Below are positions 1 through 12,122 of a DNA stretch of 64,000 nt, piece after piece. Under the pieces are notes generated by a model. The model made no database searches, was not told the DNA's origin, and saw only the letters and a program-made list of their open reading frames with translations. Within the stretch, counting starts at the first letter, position 1. Each line of letters starts with the position of its first letter. A program made the translations under genes and the position numbers. Source of the stretch: Halomonas halophila (GTDB taxonomy: Bacteria; Pseudomonadota; Gammaproteobacteria; Pseudomonadales; Halomonadaceae); contig NZ_CP129121.1 in the NCBI RefSeq assembly GCF_030406665.1, forward strand, positions 3,162,256 through 3,226,255, given 5' to 3'.

Positions 1-1
1 G

Positions 2-331
2 GCGCGCGGCCTTCTTGGGCTTGAAGCCCGCCGGCTTGGTGGCCAGCCATTCGACGAAAGCACGAACCTCCGGATGCGCCAGCAGCGCCTCCCGGCTGCG
101 ATAATGCTCGGCCAGCTCGCGCTCGCCGAGCACCGCGTGGATGTGCTTGTGGCAGGCGTGACACAGCCACAGGATCGCCGTCAGCCGCTCGGCACGATCG
201 AATCGACGCCGATAGCGCGCCTTGCCGTGCAGGGCGCGGGGAATCAGATGATGCCGGGTCAGCGGCGCCGCCCGGCCGCACAGCTCGCAGCCCTCGGGGC
301 GGGGCGGCGGCGAGAGATCGTGTCCGACCAT
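2..331 (-). CDS. HNH endonuclease-family protein, partial. N-terminal 110 aa are visible; the C-terminus lies beyond the window start.
   Basis: Minus-strand ATG at 329-331. The frame stays open to the window edge; I checked every triplet and found no stops. Translation MVGHDLSPPPRPEGCELCGRAAPLTRHHLIPRALHGKARYRRRFDRAERLTAILWLCHACHKHIH carries Cys/His HNH-type motifs (C..C, HH, CHxCH). The plus-strand ORF 74-361 is its Arg-rich antisense shadow. Confidence 0.55.
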   Translation of the reverse strand, partial: MVGHDLSPPPRPEGCELCGRAAPLTRHHLIPRALHGKARYRRRFDRAERLTAILWLCHACHKHIHAVLGERELAEHYRSREALLAHPEVRAFVEWLATKPAGFKPKKAAR

Positions 332-376
332 GGCCCTCTCCACGACGATACATGCCTCTAGGATAAGGAAAATCAC

Positions 377-1195
377 ATGGACGTTCCGCTTACCTGGCAG
401 CTGGCCAAGCTCGCGGTCTCGATCGGCGTGGTGCTCGGCCTGTCGATGATCGCCGAGCGCGTCAGCACCCGCGTCGCCGGACTGCTCTCCGGCTATCCGC
501 TGGGCACCGCCATCGCGCTGTTCTTCATCGGCCTCGAGCTCTCGCCCGTCTTCGCCGCCGAGAGCGCGGTGCACACCCTGGCCGGGTTCACGGCGACCCT
601 GGCGCTGGGCGGCGGCTACCTGCTCGGCGGCCGTCGCGACGGCCTGGCGGGCATCGCGCTGGGCACCCTGACGGGGCTCGCCTGCTGGCTCGCCACCAGC
701 CTGGTGCTGACCCGGATCGACTTCGATCGCGTCACCGGCACCCTGACGACGCTGGCCGCCATCGCCGTGTTCACCTGGCTCTATCGCCGGGTGCCGGACA
801 TCAAGGCCAGTCCCAAGGGCGGCTTCTCCTGGCCCGCCCTGGCGCTGCGCGCCGGCCTCGCCGCGGGCATCATCTTCCTGATCACCGGCCTCGCCCACGT
901 GGTGCCCTCGGCCTGGGCCGGGGTGATGGCGGCCTTCCCGGTGACCATGTATCCGTTCCTGGTGATCCTGCACCTGACCCAGGGTGCCGCGCCCACGGCT
1001 ACCGTGATCAAGCACTATCCCGCTGGGCTCGGCTCGCTGCTGTGGTACGCCCTGGTGGTTTCGCTGACCTACGACAGCCTCGGCCTGTGGCCGGGCACGC
1101 TGCTGGGCTTCGCCGCGGCCACGCTGTGGCTGCTCGGCTGGACCCGGCTGCAGCGCTGGTGGCGCGAGCGCCGCACGCCGTCAGCGCGCGGCTGA
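377..1195 (+). CDS. Polytopic inner-membrane protein of unknown function
   Basis: 272-aa ORF, almost entirely hydrophobic (Gly/Ala/Leu-rich helices). Upstream 'taaggaaaatcacATG' has an acceptable SD. Confidence 0.55.
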   Translation: MDVPLTWQLAKLAVSIGVVLGLSMIAERVSTRVAGLLSGYPLGTAIALFFIGLELSPVFAAESAVHTLAGFTATLALGGGYLLGGRRDGLAGIALGTLTGLACWLATSLVLTRIDFDRVTGTLTTLAAIAVFTWLYRRVPDIKASPKGGFSWPALALRAGLAAGIIFLITGLAHVVPSAWAGVMAAFPVTMYPFLVILHLTQGAAPTATVIKHYPAGLGSLLWYALVVSLTYDSLGLWPGTLLGFAAATLWLLGWTRLQRWWRERRTPSARG

Positions 1196-1276
1196 AAGGG
1201 CCGCCGACCCGCCCATTGACCAAGCGCTTGCTCGGCGGCGATGCTGACAGGCCGGCCATGATCGACGAGGACGCCC

Positions 1277-1687
1277 ATGTTCACGCGCACCATCGAACCC
1301 GCTTTCTACGACACCGATGCCCTGGGGCACATCAACAACACCCGCCTGCCGGCCTGGTTCGAGCTGGCGCGCAATGACCTCTTCCGGCTGTTCACGCCGG
1401 ACCTCGACCCGGGCCGCTGGCGGCTGATCATGGCGCGCATGGAGATCGACTACCGGGCCGAGCTCTACTACGGCCAGGACATCGAGATCCGCACCTATCT
1501 CACTCGCCTCGGCACCAGCTCCTTCACCGTGACCCAGGAGGCCTGGCAGTCGGGCCGACTGGCCAACCTGGGGCATACCGTACTGGTCCACTACGATCAT
1601 CAGGCCAAGGGGGCGGTCCCCCTCGAGGGCGCGCTCCGCGAGGCCCTCGCCGCCCACCTGCAAGACACGGAGACCCAGGACGCATGA
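1277..1687 (+). CDS. Hotdog-fold acyl-CoA thioesterase (YbgC / 4-hydroxybenzoyl-CoA thioesterase family)
   Basis: 136 aa. N-terminal 'FYDTDALGHINNTRLPAWFELARNDLF' and 'ARMEIDYRAELYYGQD' are typical of 4HBT/YbgC thioesterases. Confidence 0.75.
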   Translation: MFTRTIEPAFYDTDALGHINNTRLPAWFELARNDLFRLFTPDLDPGRWRLIMARMEIDYRAELYYGQDIEIRTYLTRLGTSSFTVTQEAWQSGRLANLGHTVLVHYDHQAKGAVPLEGALREALAAHLQDTETQDA

Positions 1688-2151
1688 CCCCCGCCATCAA
1701 GGCCCTGGAAAAGGCCGGCGTGGCCTTCGAGACGGCCAGCTACGAGCATGACCCGCGCCGCCCCGCCTACGGCGAGGAGGCTGCCGAGGCCCTGGGCCTG
1801 CCCGCCGAGTCGGTGTTCAAGACCCTGCTCGCACGCCTCGACGACGGCCGGATGGCGATGGCCATCGTGCCGGTCTCCGGCCAGCTCGACCTCAAGGCGC
1901 TGGCCCGGGCGGCCGGTGCCCGCAAGGCGCAGATGGCCGAGTCCGCCGAGGCCGAACGCGCCACCGGCTATGTGGTCGGCGGCATCAGCCCGCTGGGCCA
2001 GAAGAAGCGCCTGCCGGCCTTCATCGACGCCAGCGCCGAGGCGCTGGCGCGCTTCCACGTCAGCGGCGGACGCCGCGGCCTGGAGCTCGCCCTCGCCCCG
2101 GCCGACCTGGCGCGACTGCTGTCGGCGACCTTCGCCCCCCTGGCACGCTGA
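1684..2151 (+). CDS. ybaK: Cys-tRNA(Pro)/Cys-tRNA(Cys) deacylase YbaK
   Basis: 155 aa, start overlaps the previous stop as ATGA. 'TPAIKALEKAGVAFETASYEHDP...GYVVGGISPLGQKKRLPAFIDASA' matches the YbaK/ProX deacylase signature. Confidence 0.8.
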   Translation: MTPAIKALEKAGVAFETASYEHDPRRPAYGEEAAEALGLPAESVFKTLLARLDDGRMAMAIVPVSGQLDLKALARAAGARKAQMAESAEAERATGYVVGGISPLGQKKRLPAFIDASAEALARFHVSGGRRGLELALAPADLARLLSATFAPLAR

Positions 2152-2211
2152 GCCGAACGCCGCCGTCTGCGGTCCCAGTCGTATCCGCCCCATCGATCCC
2201 AAGGAAGCCCC

Positions 2212-2529
2212 ATGGCCATCCGCTACGATCTCTGGCTCGATCCCGATAACGTCGCTCGCCATCGCGCCGTCGAGGCCGACCTGGAGAACTTCTTCCTCGA
2301 GCGCTTCGCCGACTACCCGCATATCCGCTTGTTCGGGGCAGACCCCTACGATTATGATGCGCCCTTCAACCGCCTCTACGATGTCCTGATCGCGCGCGGC
2401 GGCGAGTACTGCGAACGGCACTGGCACTACGTGCCCACCCCCGAGCAGCTCAACCGCACCTTCTTTCGCGCCGTGGGACGCTCGACCAAGTTCATACGAG
2501 ACGACCCCGACGATGGTGATTCAACCTGA
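2212..2529 (+). CDS. Hypothetical protein (105 aa)
   Basis: ORF with balanced composition and no recognisable motifs. Its 3' end overlaps the next ORF by 17 nt in another frame. Confidence 0.4.
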   Translation: MAIRYDLWLDPDNVARHRAVEADLENFFLERFADYPHIRLFGADPYDYDAPFNRLYDVLIARGGEYCERHWHYVPTPEQLNRTFFRAVGRSTKFIRDDPDDGDST

Positions 2530-3034
2530 CACCCTGCCCGACGAGCGCCAGCTCGCCGTCATCGCCGCGCAGCTCGGCCGCGCGCCCCGCGGCATCGAGG
2601 CGCTGGCCGCCACCGACGGCGAGGGCACGCCGCTGGTGCTGCGCATGGCGCCCATCGTCGACGAAACGCCCTTCCCGACGCTCTACTGGCTGAGCGACGA
2701 GCGGCTCAAGATCGAGCTGTCGCGCATCGAGGCCGCCGGCGTGATCAAGACCCTCGAGGCCCGGCTGAAGGAGGACCCCGAGTTCCTGGCCGCCTATCAC
2801 CAGAGCCACGAGGACTACGTGGCCGCCCGCTGGGGCTACATGAGCGAGGCCCAGCGCGCCGAGGTCGAGCGCCGCGGCTACGGCGACGTGCTTCGCCAGC
2901 GCGGCATCGGCGGCATCGCCAACTGGGACCAGGTGCGCTGCCTGCACACCCAGTACGCCCATCATCTGTGCGGTCACAACGTCATCGGTCAGTGGGTGGA
3001 CGCCGAATACGGCGTCATCGACCTGCTGCCCTGA
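2513..3034 (+). CDS. Conserved hypothetical protein (173 aa)
   Basis: ORF with non-antisense-like composition. Contains 'HTQYAHHLCGHNVIGQW', a possible metal-binding His/Cys patch. I recognise no named family. Confidence 0.5.
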   Translation: MVIQPDTLPDERQLAVIAAQLGRAPRGIEALAATDGEGTPLVLRMAPIVDETPFPTLYWLSDERLKIELSRIEAAGVIKTLEARLKEDPEFLAAYHQSHEDYVAARWGYMSEAQRAEVERRGYGDVLRQRGIGGIANWDQVRCLHTQYAHHLCGHNVIGQWVDAEYGVIDLLP

Positions 3035-3128
3035 GCGGTCGGCCGTGGCATGGCGAGATCACACGAGGGCGCCTGACGGCGCCCTTCTTGCGTCGGCACG
3101 CCGACGACCACGCATCAAGGAGGACATC

Positions 3129-3680
3129 ATGTCGAGATTCTGCGTCTATCTGGGCTCGCGGGACGGCCACGACCCGCGCTTTCTCGTCGCCGCCCGGACG
3201 CTGGGCGAGGCGCTGGCCCGCCGAGGCCACTCGCTGGTCTACGGCGGCGCCCGCGTGGGCATGATGGGCGAGCTGGCCGACAGCGTGCTGGCGGCCGGCG
3301 GTGAGGTGATCGGCGTGATGCCGGATCATCTGGTGGAGCGCGAGCAGGCGCACCTGGCGCTGACCCGGCTGATCCGCGTGCGCAACATGCACGAACGCAA
3401 GGCCAGCATGGCCGCCCACTGCGATGCCTTCATCGCCCTACCCGGCGGCATCGGCACCCTGGAGGAGCTGTTCGAGGCCTGGACCTGGCGCTATCTGGGG
3501 CTGCACGACAAGCCGATCGGCCTGCTCGACACCGCCGGTTTCTATTCGCCGCTGCTGACCTTCCTCGACAGCACCGTGGAGCACGGTTTCCTCAACGCCC
3601 GCACCCGCCAGGACCTGCTCGCCGCCGAGGCGCCCGAGGCGCTGCTCGACGCCCTGGAGGCGCGCCTGGCCGTCGCCTGA
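3129..3680 (+). CDS. LOG-family cytokinin riboside 5'-monophosphate phosphoribohydrolase (TIGR00730, the so-called lysine decarboxylase-like family)
   Basis: Start chosen at ATG 3129, preceded by 'aaggagga'. 'VYGGARVGMMGELADSVLAAGGEVIGVMP' and 'FIALPGGIGTLEELFEAWTW' are hallmark LOG motifs (GGGxGxMG, PGGxGTxEE). Confidence 0.85.
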   Translation: MSRFCVYLGSRDGHDPRFLVAARTLGEALARRGHSLVYGGARVGMMGELADSVLAAGGEVIGVMPDHLVEREQAHLALTRLIRVRNMHERKASMAAHCDAFIALPGGIGTLEELFEAWTWRYLGLHDKPIGLLDTAGFYSPLLTFLDSTVEHGFLNARTRQDLLAAEAPEALLDALEARLAVA

Positions 3681-3758
3681 GGCGTTTCACGCCCCACGAC
3701 GCAGACCGCCCGGCACGGGGCCGGGCGGTCGAGAGCATCACGGGGCGTCATCGCCGTC

Positions 3759-4292
3759 TCAGTCGGCGATCTCCAGCGTGCGCTGGTAGGTGAGCTGCAG
3801 CAGCAGGGCGTCTTCCCCGGCGCGGTGGCGATGGATGCCACGCTCCTCGATGATCGCTTCCTTGATGTCGCTCCAGCGCGCCATCTGCGCCTCGCTGAGC
3901 AGGCGGCGCAGGGCCTCGAGGCGGAAGGCGGGCAGCATGCCCGCGTGGTGGAAGAGCAGCGACAGCCAGGTGTTGTCGTAGCCCCAGCTGTCGCTGTAGG
4001 CCACGCCGACCTCGGCCAGCTCGTCGTTGAGCCAGCGCGCCACCTGACGTACCGGGTGGCCCTCGCGCGCCAGGCGATTGCGCGAGATGCCATGCAGGAG
4101 TTCCGCCTTGGGATCCCAGTGCGTCCACTCGTCCAGGGGCTGGATCAGGAAGGCGCAGGTGCTGCCGTCCGCGCGAGCCAGGCCGACCTCGATGGGGTAG
4201 CTGCCGCGTCCGAATCCGGACGCTTCGATATCCAGCAGTGTCGGTAACGTCACGGGCTGCTGAGTCCTTGATGATGTAGGACCGCCGATCAT
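3759..4292 (-). CDS. DEDD-type 3'-5' exonuclease domain protein
   Basis: 'LLDIEASGFGRGSYPIEVG' is a DnaQ-like Exo I motif (DxE). No SD precedes ATG 4292. GTG 4253 with AAGGA 11 nt upstream is an alternative start. Confidence 0.65.
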   Translation of the reverse strand: MIGGPTSSRTQQPVTLPTLLDIEASGFGRGSYPIEVGLARADGSTCAFLIQPLDEWTHWDPKAELLHGISRNRLAREGHPVRQVARWLNDELAEVGVAYSDSWGYDNTWLSLLFHHAGMLPAFRLEALRRLLSEAQMARWSDIKEAIIEERGIHRHRAGEDALLLQLTYQRTLEIAD

Positions 4293-4332
4293 TGGCGGCC
4301 GAAGTCACTGCCCCGGATGAGGCGCCATCATC

Positions 4333-4857
4333 CTAGTGTCGCGTCCCGGCTTCGTCGCTGTCCAGTGGCGCCACCGGCACGGCGTTGCGTTCGGCCAGCG
4401 CCGTCCAGTGCGCGGTACGTTCGGGATCCTGCGGCAGCTCCAGCTCGCCGTCGCGGTAAGCCCGCGCCAGGCGCTCCGCCGCCAGACGATGTCCCGCCTC
4501 GCCGGCCCGGGCGTACCAGGTCACCGCACGGTCGGCGCGATGCGGATACTGGGCACAGCCATGCTCGTAGATCTGCCCGGCCTGATACTGGGCATGCAGG
4601 TCGCCCCCCTGGGCAGCCTCGAGCACATAGCGGGCACCGCGTGCCTTGTCCTGGGGCGTGACGGCGCGATGGAACAGCATATGGCCGTACAGCGACAGGG
4701 CGGCCGGGTGGCCGGCATCCGCGCAGCGCTGGAAGAGATGCATGGTCAGGCGCTGCGTGCGCGGCGAGCGAGGCAGCCAGCGCGTATGAAACAGCTGGCG
4801 CGCCAGATGGTACTCGAGCCGAGTGAACAGTGACGATGCCTGCGGCATGACAAACAA
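4333..4857 (-). CDS. Sel1/TPR-like repeat protein
   Basis: Repeated 'A..G...A...LG.mY..G.GV..d...A..WY..AA' modules (YGHMLFHRAV..., QYQAGQIYEHG..., VTWYARAGEAGH...). The true start may be the internal MPQ at 4848. Confidence 0.55.
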   Translation of the reverse strand: MFVMPQASSLFTRLEYHLARQLFHTRWLPRSPRTQRLTMHLFQRCADAGHPAALSLYGHMLFHRAVTPQDKARGARYVLEAAQGGDLHAQYQAGQIYEHGCAQYPHRADRAVTWYARAGEAGHRLAAERLARAYRDGELELPQDPERTAHWTALAERNAVPVAPLDSDEAGTRH

Positions 4858-5068
4858 CCTTGCGTCCTGGGGGTCGGTTGATGACGTCGAGCATGTTCCC
4901 GTGCTCGGCGTCCTGTACGGAAAAATCGGCCGCCTTGTGGGCTCCTCCCAGGCAGCGGATGCGCAGCATACGCCCGCCCCGGCAGTGACTCAACCCCTCG
5001 GCGTTTACGATATCGCTCCCCCGGCGCTACCATGCCAGGGCACTGCCCCCCTTGATGAGGAGAAACGG

Positions 5069-6100
5069 ATGCAGACCCGCCCCCTGGGCCGAACCGGCCT
5101 CGACGTCAGCCGGCTGTGCCTCGGCACCATGACCTTCGGCGAGCAGAACAGCGAGGCCGAGGCCCACGAGCAGCTCGACCGCGCCGTGGCCTTCGGCGTC
5201 AACTTCATCGACACCGCCGAAATGTACCCGGTGCCGCCCAGGGCCGAGACCCAGGGCCTGACCGAGTCCTACGTCGGCAGCTGGCTCAAGGCCCGCGGCG
5301 CGAGGGACGACGTCATCATCGCCACCAAGGCCGCCGGCCCGGGACTCGACCACATCCGCGGCGGCCCGCGCCTGACCCGCGAACACCTGCACCAGGCCAT
5401 CGACACCAGCCTGGCGCGGCTGCAGACCGACTACGTCGACCTCTACCAGCTGCACTGGCCGGACCGCCGTGCCAACTTCTTCGGCCGTCTCGGCTACGAG
5501 CACGACGCCGAAGAGGACGCCAACTCCCTCGAGGAGAGCCTGTCGGCACTGCATGAGCTGGTGCAAGCCGGCAAGATCCGGGCCGTGGGCCTCTCCAACG
5601 AGACGCCCTGGGGCGTGATGCATGCCCTCCAGCTGGCCGAGCGCCAGGGCCTGCCACGGGTCGCCTCGGTTCAGAACCCCTACAGCCTGCTCAACCGCAG
5701 TTTCGAGGTGGGACTGGCCGAGATCGCCCATCGCGAGGACGTCGGCCTGCTGGCCTATTCGCCGCTGGCCTTCGGCAAGCTGTCCGGCAAATACCTCGAC
5801 GGCGCTCGGCCGGAAGGCGCGCGCCTGACGCTCTTCGAGCGCTTCCAGCGCTACAACTCGCCGCAGGCCGAGGAGGCGACCCGCGCCTACGTCGAGATCG
5901 CTCGCCAGCATGGCCTCGACCCGGCCCAGATGGCCCTGGCCTACGTCAATTCGCGCTCCTTCCTGACCAGCAATATCATCGGCGCCACCACCATGGCGCA
6001 GCTGGAGAGCAACCTGGAGAGCGAGTCGCTGCGCCTCGACGACGAGGTGCTCGCGGCCATCGAAGCCGTGCACCAGCGTCACCCCAACCCCAGCCCCTGA
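5069..6100 (+). CDS. tas: NADP(H)-dependent aldo/keto reductase, Tas-like
   Basis: Start at ATG 5069 with 'gaggagaaacgg' SD. 'LGRTGLDVSRLCLGTMTFG...FIDTAEMYP...LYQLHWPD' are classic AKR motifs, and the ~343-aa length fits Tas. Confidence 0.85.
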   Translation: MQTRPLGRTGLDVSRLCLGTMTFGEQNSEAEAHEQLDRAVAFGVNFIDTAEMYPVPPRAETQGLTESYVGSWLKARGARDDVIIATKAAGPGLDHIRGGPRLTREHLHQAIDTSLARLQTDYVDLYQLHWPDRRANFFGRLGYEHDAEEDANSLEESLSALHELVQAGKIRAVGLSNETPWGVMHALQLAERQGLPRVASVQNPYSLLNRSFEVGLAEIAHREDVGLLAYSPLAFGKLSGKYLDGARPEGARLTLFERFQRYNSPQAEEATRAYVEIARQHGLDPAQMALAYVNSRSFLTSNIIGATTMAQLESNLESESLRLDDEVLAAIEAVHQRHPNPSP

Positions 6101-6204
6101 GGCCGATGCTCCCTCCCGGGCCAAGGCTATGAGCGCGATAGCCCCGGCCCGGGACACTGCCTGATATACTCGCAGCCGACTCAATTCAGGCACAGGAGCG
6201 CCCC

Positions 6205-6987
6205 ATGCTGAGCGTGATCTCGCCCGCCAAGACACTGGACTTCGAGACCCCGGCGACCACGGCCCAGGCCACCCAGCCCGACTTTCTCGACCGCAGCCGT
6301 GAGCTGATCGGCATCCTGCGCGACCTCTCGCCCCAGCAAATCGGTGAGCTGATGGGCGTCAGCGACAAGATCGCCGGGCTCAACGCGGCCCGCTTCGCCG
6401 AGTGGCAGACGCCTTTCACGCCGGACAACGCCAAGCCCGCCGCCCAGGCCTTCCAGGGTGACGTCTACGTGGGGCTGGAAGCCGCCACCTTCGACGAAGG
6501 CGACAACGCCTTCGCCCAGGAGCACCTGCGCATCCTCTCCGGCCTCTACGGCCTGCTGCGACCGCTGGATCTGATCCAGCCCTACCGGCTGGAAATGGGC
6601 ACCAAGCTCGCCAACCCGGCCGGCAAGGATCTCTATGCCTACTGGAAGCCGACCCTGACCGATGCCCTCGATCGGGCCATCGCCGAGAGCGGCAGCAAGG
6701 TACTGGTCAACCTGGCCTCCAACGAGTACTTCAAGGCCGTCGATGCGAAGAAGCTCGACGCCCGTGTGATCACCCCGGTGTTCAAGGACGAGAAGAACGG
6801 CCAGTACAAGATCATCAGCTTCTACGCCAAGAAGGCCCGCGGCCTGATGGCGGCCTGGATGATCCAGCAGCGCCTCGACGATCCGGAAGGCCTCAAGGAC
6901 TTCGACGTGGCCGGCTATCGCTACAGCGCCGCGCAGTCCCAGGGCAATACCCTGGTGTTCTGCCGCGCCGAACAGGATCGCCCGTAA
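6205..6987 (+). CDS. yaaA: Peroxide stress protein YaaA (UPF0246/DUF328)
   Basis: '[16 protein letters not shown]' N-terminus and 260-aa length are characteristic of YaaA. Confidence 0.85.
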   Translation: MLSVISPAKTLDFETPATTAQATQPDFLDRSRELIGILRDLSPQQIGELMGVSDKIAGLNAARFAEWQTPFTPDNAKPAAQAFQGDVYVGLEAATFDEGDNAFAQEHLRILSGLYGLLRPLDLIQPYRLEMGTKLANPAGKDLYAYWKPTLTDALDRAIAESGSKVLVNLASNEYFKAVDAKKLDARVITPVFKDEKNGQYKIISFYAKKARGLMAAWMIQQRLDDPEGLKDFDVAGYRYSAAQSQGNTLVFCRAEQDRP

Positions 6988-6993
6988 CGTACC

Positions 6994-7572
6994 TCAGTCG
7001 AAGAAGCGCAGCGGCCGCGGAGAGCGCGGTTTGAGGAAGCGGCGATGCACGTCCCCGAAGCGGGCATCGTCGCAGCGCTCGAGCCACTCATAGGCCGCCA
7101 TGTCGGCGCTCACCGCCCAGGCGCCGGCCCGCTCGATCCGCCGCCGGGCCAGGGACGCTTCCTCGCGCCGCCGGCTGACGGTGGCCTCGGCCAGCCAGAA
7201 GACCTCGTAGCCCGCCTCACGAAGCCCGAGCCCCGTCTGCAGCACGCAGACGTGGGCCTCGGCCCCGCACAGCACCACCTGGTGCCGCCCGCTCTGGGCC
7301 AGCGCCTTGGCGAAGTCAGGCTCCGCATGGGCATCGAAGCGGCTCTTTTCCCAATAAAGGGCGCCTTCGAGTGCCTCGCGCAGCCGGGGCTCGCTGCCCC
7401 CGAGGCCCGCCGGATACTGCTCGGTCAGCCATACCGGCACCTCCAGTGCAGAGGCGACCCCACCCAGCCAGCTCGCTTCCCCGACGGCCTGCTCGCCGCC
7501 GTCCAGCACCGGCAGCAGCCCGGCCTGAAGGTCGACGATCAGCAGCAGGCTCTTCTCTCGAACAAGACGCAT
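6994..7572 (-). CDS. Isochorismatase-family cysteine hydrolase
   Basis: 192 aa. 'LLLIVDLQAG' (Asp in the catalytic triad region) and 'VVLCGAEAHVCVLQTG' (nucleophile Cys) are typical of isochorismatase-like hydrolases. Confidence 0.75.
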   Translation of the reverse strand: MRLVREKSLLLIVDLQAGLLPVLDGGEQAVGEASWLGGVASALEVPVWLTEQYPAGLGGSEPRLREALEGALYWEKSRFDAHAEPDFAKALAQSGRHQVVLCGAEAHVCVLQTGLGLREAGYEVFWLAEATVSRRREEASLARRRIERAGAWAVSADMAAYEWLERCDDARFGDVHRRFLKPRSPRPLRFFD

Positions 7573-7679
7573 CGATGATCCTCCACGGCAAACGGTGCCG
7601 GTGTCGCCCCAAGCCGCTAGAATGGTGGCTTCGACTTCTTCCCGGCGGGCTCTCCCGTCACATTCCCTGGAGACACACG

Positions 7680-8510
7680 ATGCGTCAACTCTTCGTCATG
7701 CTCGTCGTCGGCCTGCTGGGCTTCGGCCTCGCCGTCGACCATGCCGACGCGCGCCGCCTGGGTGGCGGCAAGAGCTTCGGCAGCTATTCGCGCTCGGCGG
7801 ACTCGCCGAGCGCGACCAGCACGCGCACCAACGGCACCGCCGGTGCGGCCGCGACCCAGCGCAAGCCGTCCAGCGGCCTGTCGCGCTTCGCCGGGCCCTT
7901 CGCCGGCCTGCTGGCCGGCGGCCTGCTGGCCTCGCTGTTCTTCGGCGGCGCCTTCGACGACCTGCGCTTCTTCGACATCCTGTTGATCGGCGGTGCGCTG
8001 TTCCTGCTGTTCAGGCTGTTCGCCCGCAAGCGGCGCCCGGCAACGGCAGGCGGCCCCGGCATGGAGACACGCGAGTCTCACGAGCAGGCTCAGGCTCAGC
8101 CCCAGGCCTTCACCGGTTCACTCGGCGGCGGTCTCGCCAAGGAGCCGGCGTGGTTCGACCGTGAGCGCTTCCTCGGCGGTGCCAAGGAGCACTTCATGAC
8201 CCTGCAGCGCGCCTGGGACAACAACGACTTCTCGCAGATCCAGGACTACGTGACACCGGAGCTCTACAACCTGTTGCGCGAGGAACGCGACCAGCAGCCG
8301 GCGAACAACCGCACCGAGGTCGTGCGTCTGTTCGCCGAGCTCGGCAGCATCCAGGAAATCGGCTCCCAGGCCGAGGCTACGGTGCTTTTCCACGGCATTC
8401 TCGACGAGAACGGCGAGCAGAACGCCTTCAACGAGACCTGGCACCTGGTGCGCGAGCTTCGAGAAGGCGCCCCCTGGCACGTTCAGGGCATCGAGCAAAA
8501 TCCCGCCTGA
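7680..8510 (+). CDS. Secreted/membrane protein with a Tim44-like C-terminal domain
   Basis: Start at ATG 7680 with 'ggag' SD. N-terminal signal/TM segment, low-complexity Ser/Gly linker, second hydrophobic segment. The C-terminal ~150 aa ('FDRERFLGGAKEHFMTLQRAWDNNDFSQIQDYVTPELY...') match the Tim44-like fold found in bacterial proteins. Confidence 0.7.
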   Translation: MRQLFVMLVVGLLGFGLAVDHADARRLGGGKSFGSYSRSADSPSATSTRTNGTAGAAATQRKPSSGLSRFAGPFAGLLAGGLLASLFFGGAFDDLRFFDILLIGGALFLLFRLFARKRRPATAGGPGMETRESHEQAQAQPQAFTGSLGGGLAKEPAWFDRERFLGGAKEHFMTLQRAWDNNDFSQIQDYVTPELYNLLREERDQQPANNRTEVVRLFAELGSIQEIGSQAEATVLFHGILDENGEQNAFNETWHLVRELREGAPWHVQGIEQNPA

Positions 8511-8546
8511 TACGCGTCTTTCGCAGACCACGACAGGCACAAGAAA

Positions 8547-8570
8547 GGCCGGGCAATAGCCCGGCCTTTT
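8547..8570 (+). terminator. Rho-independent terminator after the Tim44-like gene
   Basis: ggccgggc-aata-gcccggcc followed by tttt. Confidence 0.5.
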
Positions 8571-8867
8571 GCCATTCAGAGACCCCACCATCGGCGCAGC
8601 CCTCGGTCTTCATCAGCCTCTCGAGCCTCCACCGCAACACGCCTCTCCTGGCTCGTCATTCCCCTCAGAGCAAGCCGCGCTCTCGCCCCTGGTCCTACCC
8701 CCTTCGATACTGACGGACCGTGACACCTGCCATGTGACGGCATTCAGGGCATCATCTTCCTCGGGCCAGATACACGAACGCCCCCTCCAATCGCAGAGGG
8801 CGGGGCGTTTTTTCGGGTATCGATTCAGGCTCGGCATCGGCGCCCTGTTCGACCGTCCAGACATGAA

Positions 8868-8925
8868 GAACCCCAAACCTTTCAGGCTCGGGGTTATCTC
8901 GGTAATAAGTGCCTGACGGGGATCC
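8868..8925 (-). repeat. Degenerate duplicate of the rrn 3' terminator hairpin plus the first ~12 nt of 5S
   Basis: 'ggggttatctcggtaataagtgcctgacg' (8891-8919) versus 'ggggttttctcgatataagtgcctgacg' (9011-9039): 28 nt with 4 mismatches. The 11-bp stem retains 2 G-U pairs but has no U-tract. Confidence 0.6.
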
Positions 8926-8986
8926 GGCCGGCGCTCCGGTGCTCTCCAGGAACGCCCTTGCCTTCTCTTTTTCATCGACCCGAATG

Positions 8987-9017
8987 AAAAAACCCCGACT
9001 CGATGAGCCGGGGTTTT
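8987..9017 (-). terminator. Rho-independent terminator of the rrn operon
   Basis: On minus-strand RNA: ccccggcuc-auc-gagucgggg (9 bp including one G-U), followed by UUUUUU, 13 nt after the 5S 3' end. Confidence 0.7.
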
Positions 9018-9029
9018 CTCGATATAAGT

Positions 9030-9145
9030 GCCTGACGATGACCTACTCTCGCATGGGAACTCCCACACTACCATCGGCGCTGAGCGGTTTCACTGCTGAG
9101 TTCGGCATGGGATCAGGTGGTTCCCGCACGCTATGGTCGTCAGGC
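9030..9145 (-). rRNA. rrf: 5S ribosomal RNA
   Basis: The reverse complement aligns to E. coli 5S throughout: ...CATGCCGAACTCAGCAGTGAAACCGCTCAGCGCCGATGGTAGTGTGGGAGTTCCCATGCGAGAGTAGGTCATCGTCAGGC. Confidence 0.9.
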
Positions 9146-9235
9146 GAAAAAGGCAATGCGAATCATGCTGACGAGATCGTCTCTCGTGTATCCGCTGTCG
9201 TCTGTTGTCAGTCACAGACCACTTGGGTGTTATAT

Positions 9236-12122
<2,887 letters not shown>

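Noticed and set aside
74-361. 95-aa plus-strand ORF at the window start
   Set aside because: Arg/Gln/Ala-rich antisense of the HNH-like minus-strand ORF, which has a recognisable Cys/His motif block.
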